Positions 50,697 to 63,610 of a stretch of DNA of 64,000 nucleotides are shown one piece after another. How positions within the stretch are numbered: position 1 is the first letter of the stretch; every line of letters starts with the position of its first letter. Position numbers and translations under genes: made by a program. The notes beneath the pieces are model-generated. The model did not search any database. It was not told where the DNA came from and worked only from the letters and a program-made list of their open reading frames with translations. The stretch is from contig JALMLS010000578.1 of the NCBI GenBank assembly GCA_038496445.1, positions 496,001-560,000 of the forward strand. The letters run 5' to 3'. The stretch is from Trichosphaerium sp. ATCC 40318 (Eukaryota > Protista > Tubulinea).

Positions 50697-51604
50697 TACT
50701 AAGTTTTATGGTTTAATATCTCTTATTTTGTATAAAAGGACATACAGTAACGTTGCGTTATCTATTGTTGCTAACAGGATGACGTGTCGTTTTAAGCACG
50801 TGACGTTTTGCCGCACTTATTGACAGACAACCATTTAAATTTTTCGCACCTGCACTTTAATCTCCCTTGGGTAGCAACACAATTCCTCAGTGTAACAAAC
50901 TTTTGACTTCATTTCTGGACCAAGCGAAACTTTGAAGTAGCCAATTTTTTTAGATAATATAGACACTGTGTTTGGCATTCTTTTTTGAACGCGATAGCTG
51001 TGCATCAGTTGTCTGTAAATTTTTATGTAACGTTTAATGAAAGTAGTAATTTTTACTTTGCCATGTGTTTTTGATACATGTAGGAGCACAAGATACTCTT
51101 TGCTCTGTTTTTTGAATTTACGGCATAGTATAACCTGTAAAAAAAGTTCAACTAAAAAAAAGTAGTTCAGTAGCCGTTTTTTTTTGACTGTTGTAGGGTT
51201 TTAGCAAGCTCTCACGGTACTTTATAGCATGAATCCTCTTGGAGTTGTTTTTGCAATGTTTACGGCTTGACAAAATGTAAATGGTGTGACTAGCATAAAT
51301 GCTAGTTTTACAACATAATATGAACTACATGGCGTGGTTGTATGCTTTTGAGTTGAGAAAAGGCTTATGGTGATAGTATGTTACACTAAGGAATTTTTTT
51401 GTTACACCAAGAGAATATATACAACACTCTATGGCAATCTAACCCAGATACCACCTAGTATTCTATTGATACATATTGCCAGTATATTCACATAACGCAT
51501 GTCTAGATCCAGCCTATGTAGTACCAGCGGATATTTATTGACTCCTTGAATCCATTTTTTTTATTTTGTTTTTGCAACATTTTTTGTTTTTATTACATTT
51601 GTTT

Positions 51605-54600
51605 CTACTTAGTTTTACCTTTGTGGAAACGTAGGAGCAAATAAGTGCCTACTTCAATGATAAACCAAGTAGCAATTATAATACCAATATTCCTCCAGTA
51701 GTTCTCTTCAGCGAAACCAAGAATTGCAATCTGTTGTTCACCAGTCTAAAAAAGTAATTTAACGTTGAAAAAACAAGCTACATACAACCACAGGACATAT
51801 CACTGTCGTATTTGGTGATAGTGTAAACCCGCTACATTGTAGTGGAGCACCTCCATTAAACGTTGAAGGTAGCGGAAAAGATCTTGGAGGTAAAGTGCAT
51901 GTCTCGTTTACCATCATTGTTACATTTGCTACTATTGAATGTAAGAATCTGTAACCTCATTGAATGAATAAAACGGCGTACCTATAGTATCACAAGGTAT
52001 TCTATAATCACATCCTTCACAAATAAAACTCTGACCTGAGAAAGTAGCAATCACCATTGCTTCAAATCCCCATCGAAGAAATGAGATGTTCTCAATCCAA
52101 ACAAAGTAAACAGGAATACTGTCAGTGTTCAGCCAAAATCCTGAAAACAACATGAAAGGTATCTAGAAATAAATATAAGTAATAAAAAGACAATCACGTG
52201 GGAAACTGCTGTTTTAACAAAGCAAAAAAAATTGTGTAAAACCAAGCAGCCGAAAAAAGTAAGAAATGAACACGCACCAATAACATTGGTACTGCTCTTG
52301 TAGCAAGAGCGATATCATGTATCGCAGCAGTCATTATCATACCAAAAGCGTATGCCACGTTTGCAACAAGATATAAAGCAAGGAAAAATCTCATGAAAGA
52401 CAGAAAACTACTACTCCATCCAATCATCCACTGTAGCAAAGTTAGAAAAAACTAAGAAACAGAACAAACGATTTTGTTTGAATCTAACGTACGAATGATA
52501 TAAGGGTGTTCACAAAAGGTATCAATATGTTCACAGGTATATCGCTAACGAATTTTGCCAAAAAGTAAGCTCCTGGTCCATAAAGACCTGATCTCTGTTC
52601 ACGAAACACAACTCCTCTACAGGATTTGAGAAAACAATAAAAAACAAACAAGCTGATACCTTTCTGCTGGGAATATGTTCAATGGTCCGCTGACACCAGC
52701 GAAAGCGCTTGAGATTCCGACAAAAAACAGCGCAGAGTATCTATCGCGTATACCAGTTTGATCATTTGCAAGCCTTAAGTATACCAAACCGCCAACAACT
52801 GCTCGTAGAATAGTTATTATCAATCGAGATTTGAACATCATATTCTCTCTGTAAATAGTCTTGAAAGATCGTCTACGTACGTCAGTTAATCATGTGAGGA
52901 GCATTGTTGTATTGGCGTACATTAACAGAAGCCAGAATTTTATAAAAACAGATACTTGGTTGGTACCATGTGATCCTCTAGTCACTGGATATTCGTGTTT
53001 GGGTGGGTTTATTGCTTGTTTATGATATTTTGACTTTTTATACTTCTTTATCATACCCTTCACTTGGTCGGTACTAACGTGCCTATGTATAAATTAATAT
53101 GATACAATAGACGTTTGAGGTGATATTACTTCAAGTCTGCTTCTTCTTCATCAATATCTGATGGTGTCACATGAAGCATTTTCACTAAGCAATCGTGAGT
53201 TTGAAACAAAACTGCCTGAAATTTACGTACTTAGGTAGTCAGCTGGATTCTTGAACGGAGGACACTGATAACCTATACTACCAAAATAAGGTATTGTATC
53301 TTCTAAATCACCACAGTATACAGTTTGTCCATCTGCCAAAATCATCATTTTATCAAAATGCCGATAAATATCTGCTGAAGGCTAAACAAAAGATGAGTAA
53401 ATCGATGATTGCTTGTACTTTGCAGCCACTAAATTTAAGTATGTACTTGATGTATTGTACATATTATTGTGTGACCACAAAATGCCAGTTTACGTAAAAC
53501 ATCAACAACAGCTTTTGCTGCAAAAGAATCAAGACCAGAAGTTGGTTCATCCAAAAATAGAATTTTAGGATCTGTTATCAACTCCAAAGCAACGGACACT
53601 GTGTTGTTACAATTATTAGACAATAAAATTGCTGTTTGTTGTGACGGTTACCTCTTTTACGTTCACCTCCAGAGAGACCACGTTCAATACTTGATGCTTT
53701 TGTTGAGGCAGCTGAAAATCCAATAAAGTTGTTTCTTACATGATACAACCCAAGTTTCTTAAGCAAGCCATCAACTTTCTTGGTTCTTTCTTCCTTTGTT
53801 GTATGTTTTCCCATCTTTAGTTTGGCTGCAAACATTAGTGCTTCTCTTGCTGTTAGCGACCCCATGAGTACATCTTGCTGTAAAATAACATGTTAGAAAA
53901 CAGTGAAAAAGTGAGTTCTTACCTGACCAACAAAGCCTGAAATCTGCCGCAAAAGAGCACTGTCCGCCTTCTTTCCATTTATTTCAACTCTTCCTTTCGT
54001 GTGCTTGCCATGTACTCTATGAGATAGAATATTCAAGAAGCTCCTAATTATACATGTAAGATCAACAATCTCGTAGTGAAAGAGAAAAAGAGTACGTTTT
54101 GCCAGCTCCAGAAGGTCCGATTATTCCCTAAACATATCAGCATTTTCACGAGTTTTTTTCTGTATCTCGTACCATCAAGCATCCTGGAGGTACATACCCA
54201 GACATATTTTTAAGTATGTGCCTATTGATACGCTTTTTCTCGCCTCGCTTAACACAACCAAGTATATTTTTTTCGGCATCTTGGTTTGGCACTTTTACGG
54301 TGTATCCAATATCTTTCCACACTATTTGTACCCTTTCGTCATCAGGTATAATATGCTCATCATCTATGGTCGAGATATATTGTTGTCTATACACGTCAGT
54401 GTACACTCGAGATTTCACAAAAAATCACGTGCGAAACGTGAAAAAAAGAAAAATAAAAAAAGATTAAGATGGCCTACTTCAGAGTTTCCATGTAGTTTTC
54501 GCTCTCTGAGCTTTCATGGCTACCAACCTACAATTTCATTAGTTTACACGCAAAAAAACAAGAAAAAAATTAGGCAAACTAGTAATGATTTGAGCGCACC

Positions 54601-54791
54601 TGTATAGTTTCTACCTTCCTAGAAGACTTTCTTTTCTTTTTATCTGATTTGGTTTTCGCTTTTACCTTTTTTTGTTTTTTAGGTTCCAAATCATCCATTT
54701 CAAGGTCAAGTGGATCCATTTTACGTGTGACGTTTATAACCTGAGCTTCCTTATGCTTTTTGCGCTTCCTTGTCCGTTTTTCCGTGTCCAT
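51605..54791 (-). CDS. ABCG (White-like) half-transporter, copy 2
   Basis: Tandem paralog of 45779-48966 with the same exon structure and the same Walker A/B and signature motifs. Confidence 0.95.
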
Positions 54792-55688
54792 GCGTGAAAC
54801 TTGTAAACAGTGTTAAAATCCTATGTAATGCAAGGTGGGCATGAATACTTCAACAGATATTGGTTGAAGTTTTGTGAAAAAAGTATCTTCACGTGCGTTT
54901 GAAGGCGCTTTAAATGACATGAAACTATCATGACGTTGCTTACCTTATTCTATGGTTGCTTTAGGTGCTATTAGGAGCAGTGTGTCAGAATTCTAAGCTG
55001 ACATAACTATAGATGTTAAGCCACTCGTAATTCAGCAAAACCGCTGTATCTGTTTTAGCGAACTTGTCTTTCAGTTGGGCTTCTTTACCTTTGCTGTTTT
55101 GAACTATCTACGAAAAATCTGAAGCTGAGAAACCCCAAGATTCATTTCGTACAAGGCTGGACTATTGTCGTGGTAGTCTTCGTAACATTTTTACGGTGAA
55201 ATGAGACTGTATAGTTTGGAGTTAATAAAACCCCGATAAAACTCGCTCAAATTGGTATTGTACCGCTTTGTCTCGAAAGTTTTTCTTTGCGCACATAACC
55301 GAACAGGTGTAAGGATTTACTAAAGGTGCTCGTAGATTAATAACAACGGATATTTATTATTTCCGTCCATAAACCCAAAACTTTCTTTTCCAACTTTTTT
55401 CTTTTTTTGGGGTTCTTTCAATGTGACTTGGTACGATAACGAAAATAAATGTTCGTAAACATTCAGGTGCTCATTGGGATTCAATAACAACTTAAGGGCC
55501 TTAAGGCAATAGGGTAAGAAGAACTAGCGATAAAAACATGTTCGACCTTTCTGAGCACTTTACCTTTAACCACTACCCAGCGTTTTGCGACAAATATGAT
55601 TCTTAACCATGTGTAATACTACAAGTGAAAAGAACGGGATTATTGCCATCATGTTACAAAATAAGGTTTGAAACTTTTCTATTGTTTA

Positions 55689-57341
55689 TTATGCCCAATC
55701 GCTTTCAAGCTTATCCCATTTTTGTATGTAAAAAACGCGAAGCTCTGTTGCAATATTATGTATCGCTGAACCTGGCATGTTGTATGTACAAGCATTTTCC
55801 CACACAAGCATAACATGATCGTGAAATTCCTTAGCATCTCTATAGACTCCATTCTCAATATTGGACTGATTATAACAAAAAATGTTAACCACGTGCAAAA
55901 AAAAAACAACTTCGAAATTGTGCCCACCTTAATAGTGGCTAAGTCCATGGGACTCTTGATTATAGCAAAATAATCTGGTATGCCTAGTGCTATAGGGTCC
56001 ACAGGGGCATTAAATGGCCACCCGAACTTGTGATTTTGTATCTCAGCAAGAAGTTTAAGGCAGTCTGATAACTTTTTTCCTGGATTTGGACTCTTGGAAA
56101 CTCCATGAAGAAGTGCGCCTGCTGCTACAAGTTCGTTCCGTTGTAAACTCTCTACGATCTCGCAATTTGTGAAAGTTTCAGGGCATATTTCTTTATGTTG
56201 TAAAGCCGCACTTTTAAGCACAGCATCCTTAACAACTAGTCAAAACAACATTCTTGCTAAAGTTTTGTTCTCACCTTTATCCCTGGAAAATTAAAAACAC
56301 CACCTGCTAATACCATGGATGTAGGGTTAAGCATACCCAATATGATAGCCAGCGCAACACCTAATGCATAACCAGCTTTTTGTATTACATCACGACATTT
56401 AACTTCGTCAGGAGATAGCCCTTTGTTATCTTTACTTTCAAGAAGATTTCTATCTTCAAGGCCTTTCAAAAGCTTTATTGCTTCTTGTGGAGTTATAGGA
56501 GAGAGTTCTGCAATTATATGACGCCCACCTGTAGAAGAACATTAATCTTTCATTACTAACACACCATAGAAAGTCGCACCACCCAAAGCGTCAGCTGTTT
56601 GTGTTGATACTGTTCCATCTGAATCTGTTATCATAATTGGACATGATCCAATACCAAGAAGGAAAGGTCCTATCGTTGAAGTTAACATCCAACATTGAAC
56701 ATCACTTCTACTGGCCATTACATTTCGTTCGTACCTTGAAGTGGCATTCCGTTTACATAGTGAGCAGCTCCTACGGAGAGTTGAGTTTGATCGCAACCAA
56801 ATTATTTAGGTGTCAGAAAAATGAAAAAAAAAAAAGAATGTGACAAGAAAGAGTCTTTGTACCGATGCCGGTTCCACAAACAAACACCCCTATGTTATCA
56901 CATGGCTTTCCCGCTTTTTTATAGTCGTTGTGGACCTTCTTTAAAGCTGCATCTGCGTCGTTTATGATGTAAACGTCGTTTGATGATAAAACTTTTTGAA
57001 GGCCTGTTTTGATATTGTAGTTTGTCATTCTAGGTAGCTCACATAGTTTAATTACGCCTACAATACGTTTATAAACAGTTTAAAAGCTAGCGACGTTGCG
57101 TATGTTTTATAATACCTTCTGAATCTGTAAGACCACAAACAGCAACGCCACAGCTTGTGACAGACCACTCATGAGGATAAACAGAGTTTAAAAATTGTGT
57201 AAGAGTCGAAACGAGCGTTTCTGGCGTGAAATCAGGTCCAGTTGGTACTCTGTGCGTTTTAGACTCATAGTTATCATCTACCAGTAACAGTAATTTCGTT
57301 CCGCCCATATCAACTCCTAAACGTATTTCTGATGCTGCCAT
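55689..57341 (-). CDS. ROK-family sugar kinase fused to a C-terminal bromodomain
   Basis: ROK motifs: [55 protein letters not shown]. These continue in the same exon into [45 protein letters not shown]|...[12 protein letters not shown] (bromodomain). Confidence 0.9.
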
Positions 57342-58433
57342 TGTGCCTTACAAATACAATTTATATTGTAGTGAAAAAGAAGTGAAATTTCACAAAACTT
57401 TCAGCTTTTTTTCATCTGGAACAAATTATTTTAACAATGTAACTATCGTTTCCTTTCATCTATTCGAACGTTCCTTCTTTTGGATTATTTTCGCATTCTA
57501 CGTGCCTTACCGCTTCAGTAAACGGTGGAAATTTTGAGATCCTCTATAGTTGGTTAAAATGGAGCAATATCATTATGTTTTATTTCAGTAAGCGTGTCCG
57601 TCCGGACCGTGTCAAGGAACATCCCTCGGAAAACATTGCAACTGTATTAACTTTTCGAAATAGGTATGATTGGCAGCAATTACATGTTAGCGTACACACT
57701 ACAACGAATTCAGTTTGATTGGCATTGTTGCTGCCATCACCGATAAGTAAGACACTTTTTTGGTCACCTTTGATTGAATACATCTTGGCTCATAACGCAA
57801 CTTTTTTGATTAGTACCTCAAAAATCTGGCGTTGACAAAGCTGAAAGAACGATAAGCCAAACTTAAATTTATTCGTATGCACAAACATATTAAGCCTTAT
57901 ATATGACTCTATAGAGCCTATTCTACGTGTTCCCAGTCGTTGTAAATCGAAAATGAAAATAGAAATCAATCACCTATGCTTTCTTCAAGCTTCGACTACC
58001 TAACCAGGTCTTGTTACAACAAGATGTCATAGCTACTAAACAGCCTAAGTAAACCACAATAATTTTTGTGTTCAGTTTGTCTACTACAAAAACCTACGAG
58101 TATTTTGAAATGTCAAGTGATAACCGAATTATGATGCAGTGAAAGTCTTGCACTATGTCCTTGTGCTTTCTTATCGACCCCTGGGTAGTCAATGCAATTG
58201 AATTAAGACAAGGGATTGAAAGCCTGACTTGTGGATCCCCGCATAAGTTAAGCTCATTGCGGATTATTAGGCTTAATTTTTTGAAATGTCAGTAAATAAT
58301 TTTACAGCTTTGTGTGCATAAAGCAGTCTAATAAATGAGTTTTAAGAGGTATCTTGGACACCAAACCCCCTACAGTCAACCATATAAAACATTTTGTGGT
58401 CCTATAAGCAGTTTCGAGTAAATATGAGTATTA

Positions 58434-58483
58434 CCGCTGATTTCTCCACCAAGTAACGTATTCGCTGTTGGAGAAATCAGCGG
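58434..58483. repeat. Perfect 15-bp inverted repeat with 20-nt spacer
   Basis: ccgctgatttctcca (58434-58448) ... tggagaaatcagcgg (58469-58483). Confidence 0.9.
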
Positions 58484-58754
58484 CTACATCATACCGTTCA
58501 TTGTCTACACCAGAGCACAGTCGCAAGTGAGTTTTACTAAGTACGTTGCCAATGGTCAAAAAAAAGGAATCACTACTTTAAGGTTAACTTTTGCAGAAAA
58601 GTGTCTATGATTCGACAAGATAACGGTAAAACAAGCACGTGCTTGTAACCCGACATATTTTCCTGAGAGTTCCAGCTTTCAATGAGTACTTAAATATTTG
58701 AGGTTCAGTGAAGCGTTAACAATTAAACTCCAACAAAAACTAACAAAACAAACC

Positions 58755-61707
58755 ATGGCAGAATCTACAGCTCAATATGATATTACAGAGGATGGCGTTG
58801 AACTTACAGACATAACTGAAGGGAAAAGCGGTCCAAAAGATGATTTTGAACTTGTAAATGATGACACAACCCACGAAACGCATTCTAGCGAATCCAAAAA
58901 GGGGACAAAGACTGAAGCGCGTGTTGTAGCTCACCTTGAAGAATTGTTTGAAAACAAGCAGCACACTGTAAGTACATACGTTTAAAATAGCGTCTGAAGC
59001 GCTCTTTCTCAAATGTCACTCATGTTCTGACGTGTAATCCCCTAGTTCTACAAAATTGAAATAAGCCGCAACGGCACCTCGTACGTTCTTCACGCGCGTC
59101 TGGTACTCCTAACGAACCGAATTTAGACAATTTGTAAAGCGACGATACAGCGAACTGCTACTACTTCATAAATGGGTATGAATAACTACGCCCAGGCGTC
59201 AAGCTCACTTTTTAAGCAGATTTGCTTGGCATTTCCTAACGTCACCTTTCCTACTTTCCCTGGTGGCTTATTTGAGAATAAATCAAACAGATACGAACAA
59301 TTAAGAACATGGTTAGATGCAGTTTCCCAAGATTTCATTGTTCCAAACTCTTTCGAGTTTCTCAACTTTTTCGAGTACGCCCAAACTCTTGGCCGCATAT
59401 GTGGTCTAACGTACCTTTTTTTACAGAGTCGAAGAAGAAAATTTTAGTGAGAACCCTGATGGTCCTACATCTGGTACTTTAGGTGTTCATATCATTGGTA
59501 TACATGGACTAGCAGGAGAGTTTGAAGGTATGAAATGAAACCTTTTTTTTATTATGTGAGCGCACGTGTTATGAAAGTGAAAGTTTTTTTAACCTTGTGA
59601 CTTGCATTGGTTTCTTCTAGAGTCTTATTCTTTCACTTAGATATTTTCTGCCAGTTCACACAGTCGAGACCAATATGCTTGGAACTACTAGTATGTTCAA
59701 CAGCATATCTTTGTGTATTCGTTGTAAAAACTAACTCTTTTATAGAATGATGATTTTGGTCCTGTACCTCGTCCTACAAAGATAAATACAGACAAGATTA
59801 CTGGACCTACAAAGAATCCAGAGTTTCATTCTAGTTTCCAATTCAACGTTGTCAATACAAAAGCGCCAGTACGTATCAAGTCTGCTCTTTAGTTTAAGGA
59901 ACAAACATTATTTTTATAACAATCACATTCTTACAGTTTATTCTTGTAGATACGCTTATCTGTTTATTCTGGATCTAAACCATTAGGATTCGTTATGCTC
60001 CACCCAACCGTTGCCACTTCACAAAACAAGGATTTTTGGCTTGAGCTCGTTGTACGACGGAAAAAACTGATTTCCAAAAAAAAATGACTGTTGCCTTACC
60101 TTTTGTGGTAGGGTCATCAAGGCGTAGCTCCTGTTTCTGGTAGTATACAACTACAGTTACAATTCAAAGGAGGTATACATGATCTGAAAACCATAGCTGT
60201 CAGTAAAAAACAAGACAAAGCTGTTATACAAATAGAAAAGAAAGTATTCTTTCCTGGAGAACAAGTAGCGGGATGCGCAACATTTCAGCTGAATAGTACT
60301 GATGTAGAGAAAATTATTAGCTGTCGGATAGCTATTAAAGGTACCCCCAACAACGTAAGTAACACCTTACTTATACCTTGTCTAAGGCACTCAATTCGTG
60401 CACTGGAGTAGCGGAAAACACAGCCACAGGTACTTTCTCTTTTTTTTTTTTTTTTTGTTAGACACGTGCGTCATAGAACTACAAAATTGATTGTTCCTGT
60501 TTAGTAAAACAAGCACTGTACTTGATCAGACACTTCTGAATGTCATGCAAGCTGAAGGTTTCTTTACCGTACGTTCGATGTGTTTTGTATTGCCGCTTTT
60601 ATAGTCACTCGATGTCTTACTTGTAACTTAGCCTGGTGTACGGAATGTCAACTTCTCTCAACCAATACCTATTGATATACCTCCAACAATGGCTTTTACA
60701 ACAACAGATAGTGGTAGAGCATGGATAAGATATAGTGTAAACCTATACCTAAAAAGCAAACGAGCTCTAGGCACCTCATTAAAAACAAGTACGTTTTGTG
60801 TACACCATCGAACTGAGAGCTTACTCTACTACTTTAGTAAAGATACCTGTAGTTGTTAAAGGGAATATGCCTTCACCAGCCTTAGCAGTCCCAGCTATGT
60901 ATCACAGATCGGATAATGTACTATTCCGAAAGGATCAAGTAGGAAAGCTTGAAGTCAGGTTTGATCAAAAGTATATTACACCTGGAGAAAGTATAAAAGC
61001 ACATGTTGTACGTAATTCTGTTACACAATCATCATTATTTTAGTCTCAATTCTTAGAGACACGAATACAAAGCCAAAAAAAAAAATGAAACACGTGTTCA
61101 ACTTTTCAGTTTTTTTGTTCTGTCAAGGCCATTTATTGCTTTGACACTGGTTTTTGTTGAACAATTTAAACGCTTTGTTTATACATATCAACCCTTTTTT
61201 TTGTCGAAAAGATTTTTCTCTTATCTTTGCTAGCGTCTTCACAACAATACAAACTACACAGCAACTAGTATAAAAGTAACATTGAATACTGTACGAAAAA
61301 TGCGTATGAGTCCAAAATCATGGACAAACAAGACACATAATAAATCACTATGGAAGAACGAAGCTAAATGTAGATGCGAGCCAAGCCAAGTGTACGCAAC
61401 AACATTACTTTTTATTTAAACTATGAAAACATGCTGACTTTTTTTGTTCCTTTGTAGTTTGGATATCAGCGTACCTTTTACATTGCCTGTGTCTTGTCCT
61501 ATTCCAACAATAGACTCTCCTCGTAATTCTCCTCTTATAATGGTGAAATACAACGTTAAAGTCGTAGCAAGCTTCGAAGGACTACTTGTTAGGTAAGTTA
61601 CATTATTTATACGTTTTCTGGGTTTTTCTTAATGATTGTTTAGTAATGTTGCTGCAACTATGCCTATCACAGTTTGCTCCGCTGTACCTAAAGGATATAA
61701 CATGTAA
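58755..61707 (+). CDS. PX + C2 + arrestin-domain protein (multi-exon)
   Basis: PX: YKIEI..VKRRYSELLLLH..FPNVTFPTFP..RYEQLRTWL. C2: GTLGVHII..TKNPEFHSSFQFNV..GSIQLQLQF. Arrestin-N: KKVFFPGEQVAG..IAIKGTQFVHW..IPIDIPPT..WIRYSV. Arrestin-C: KYITPGESI..VEYNVKV. Confidence 0.75.
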
Positions 61708-62407
61708 TTTAGTCGAAAGAGAAACAAATGTACAAAAATAAAAATCAACACGTGCTACACGTGTTTCCAACAAAAAATACTCAAAACTTTTTTCTATTAA
61801 ATCATATTCGCGCCCGTTTTGATTTATCTCTTTGCACAAGTACATGCATTTCAATGGTTGAATGAATGTAAAGCATGGTGACCAAAAAAGAATTTTGTCA
61901 TCAAATAGAGTGGGTTGTGAAAAAAATTGCTTAGACTGTCGGTACTTTTCCTCGGCACAGCACGAACAAATCGCAAAATGATTTTTATGCCTATAATTAT
62001 AGAATACTAGCTACGTGTCCAAAATAGCATTTGGAGTTAAGACGGTCGAGATGAGTAAAAACGTCTTCTCGAAATCCCCCAAATATCAAAAAAGTCGTAA
62101 TTTTCAAAACTGTCAAAAGCGATTTAAAATAATTTAACGGTATCCATTCAATTGATCCTAGTTGGTGTGAAAACGTGATAGATGAAGGCATATAGTAGCA
62201 CATTTGTTGTTATTTTCATTTTGCAATCAAAATCTGAAAGCATTATCTGGTCATTCAAAACAGCATTAGATACGAAAGGAATGTATTTTAACCAACAACA
62301 TGAGTGCACTGCTGTATTACATAACTAGCGTCTTAACAGTTCTATGCGAGCATTGGAATCAATAACTGCATCACTACATGGCAAAACTGTAAATAGCGTT
62401 GGTTCTG

Positions 62408-63610
62408 CTATACCACATACACCTCTAAAAAGGAGTAAATGTCTGCATAAAAAATGATATTACAAAGTAACAAAAAGTACAAAGGTGGTCTTCCAGATAT
62501 GCTGTGAACTGATCCACTTGTTTGCGAGGACGAAAAAGTTATGTCAGCCTTTAATTCAGCTGCAGTTGGTCCTAAAACTGTACAAGTTAAACACAATACA
62601 ACTGCAAGTCTTTCAACATACATGAAGCGACAAAGTCAAAGCTACAAATGCCCTCATAAGTACTTGTAACAACAAGACCATTTCTAGTATCCATCATATC
62701 AACTGTTCCTGTCTCACACATTCTAGAAGAGGCGTCCACTCTCCCAATTGATGTTGGTATGATAAACTCAACGTCTGAAAGACCTGTTATGTCTATACAA
62801 CTGAGTTGTACAGTGACTCTTTGGCCTACCCACAATCAATAACACTACTGGTATTTTTTTTAACTGTACCTCCCCTTACTGATGTGACAGGCATTCCGTT
62901 TACCCAAAATGAGTGCTCACACACCATCCCTGTTGTAGCACATAAGGTTTCAATCGTATAAGTTCTTGTCATAGTTGAAGGGAGAGCATTTGATGTAAAG
63001 AAAGAAAAGTCAAGGTTGCTTAGGCTCTCAAGAGTAACTTTGTTGTGGTAGTTGTGGACAAAATCTATTCCCTTCAGGTGTTGTGGAAGCAACTGCAAAA
63101 CCATTGGGGACATTAAAAGATATTGTGGATATAATCGGAGAGCTAAGGAAGAAACTGTAGCACTCTAATTATACAAAGTCAGAAAGGATTATTCATGACG
63201 TGTTGAAGAAAGTTTGATCCAAATAGATTTGATGTAACCAAAAAAGTAATTATTTTCTTGAAAGAAAACACGTGATTAACGTACAAACACCCAAAGATGA
63301 ACCATCAACTGGCATAGGTGATACATACGATAAAGTACAAGTGCCAATGACATCTACACCCATCACAACTGTTAAAACGCCATCTGCTATCGAGCAAATA
63401 ATGGTGGTCATCTTTGAATCAAGCCGTTCTTGTTCCTCCAAATACATCCGAAATTGTCTGGGTCATGGTATCTTCAGTTCTTGGTGTGGTTGCGGTTACT
63501 GTAGCGGCAGTGGTAAATGGATCAATGAAACGTGTTGTAATTAACGATTGACCCATTGCCACAGCAAAGAAAAACCAAAAGTAAGTTATTGATACATGAG
63601 AGGCTGTCAT
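62408..63610 (-). CDS. Hypothetical secreted/surface protein with Thr-rich N-terminal region; 3' end unresolved
   Basis: Hydrophobic N-terminus and a Thr-rich stretch. Successive beta-rich ORFs can be joined by short GT-AG introns, but one junction needs a 29-nt intron or a frameshift. Confidence 0.5.

Noticed and set aside
50835-51089. 84-aa minus-strand ORF and similar short ORFs antisense to exons throughout the window
   Set aside because: Non-ATG or weak starts and no motifs; consistent with chance ORFs or antisense shadows.
58155-58285. U4 snRNA (GTCCTTGTGC could pair with U6; Sm-like site downstream)
   Set aside because: The rest of stem II, the kink-turn and the stem I sequence are not recognisable.
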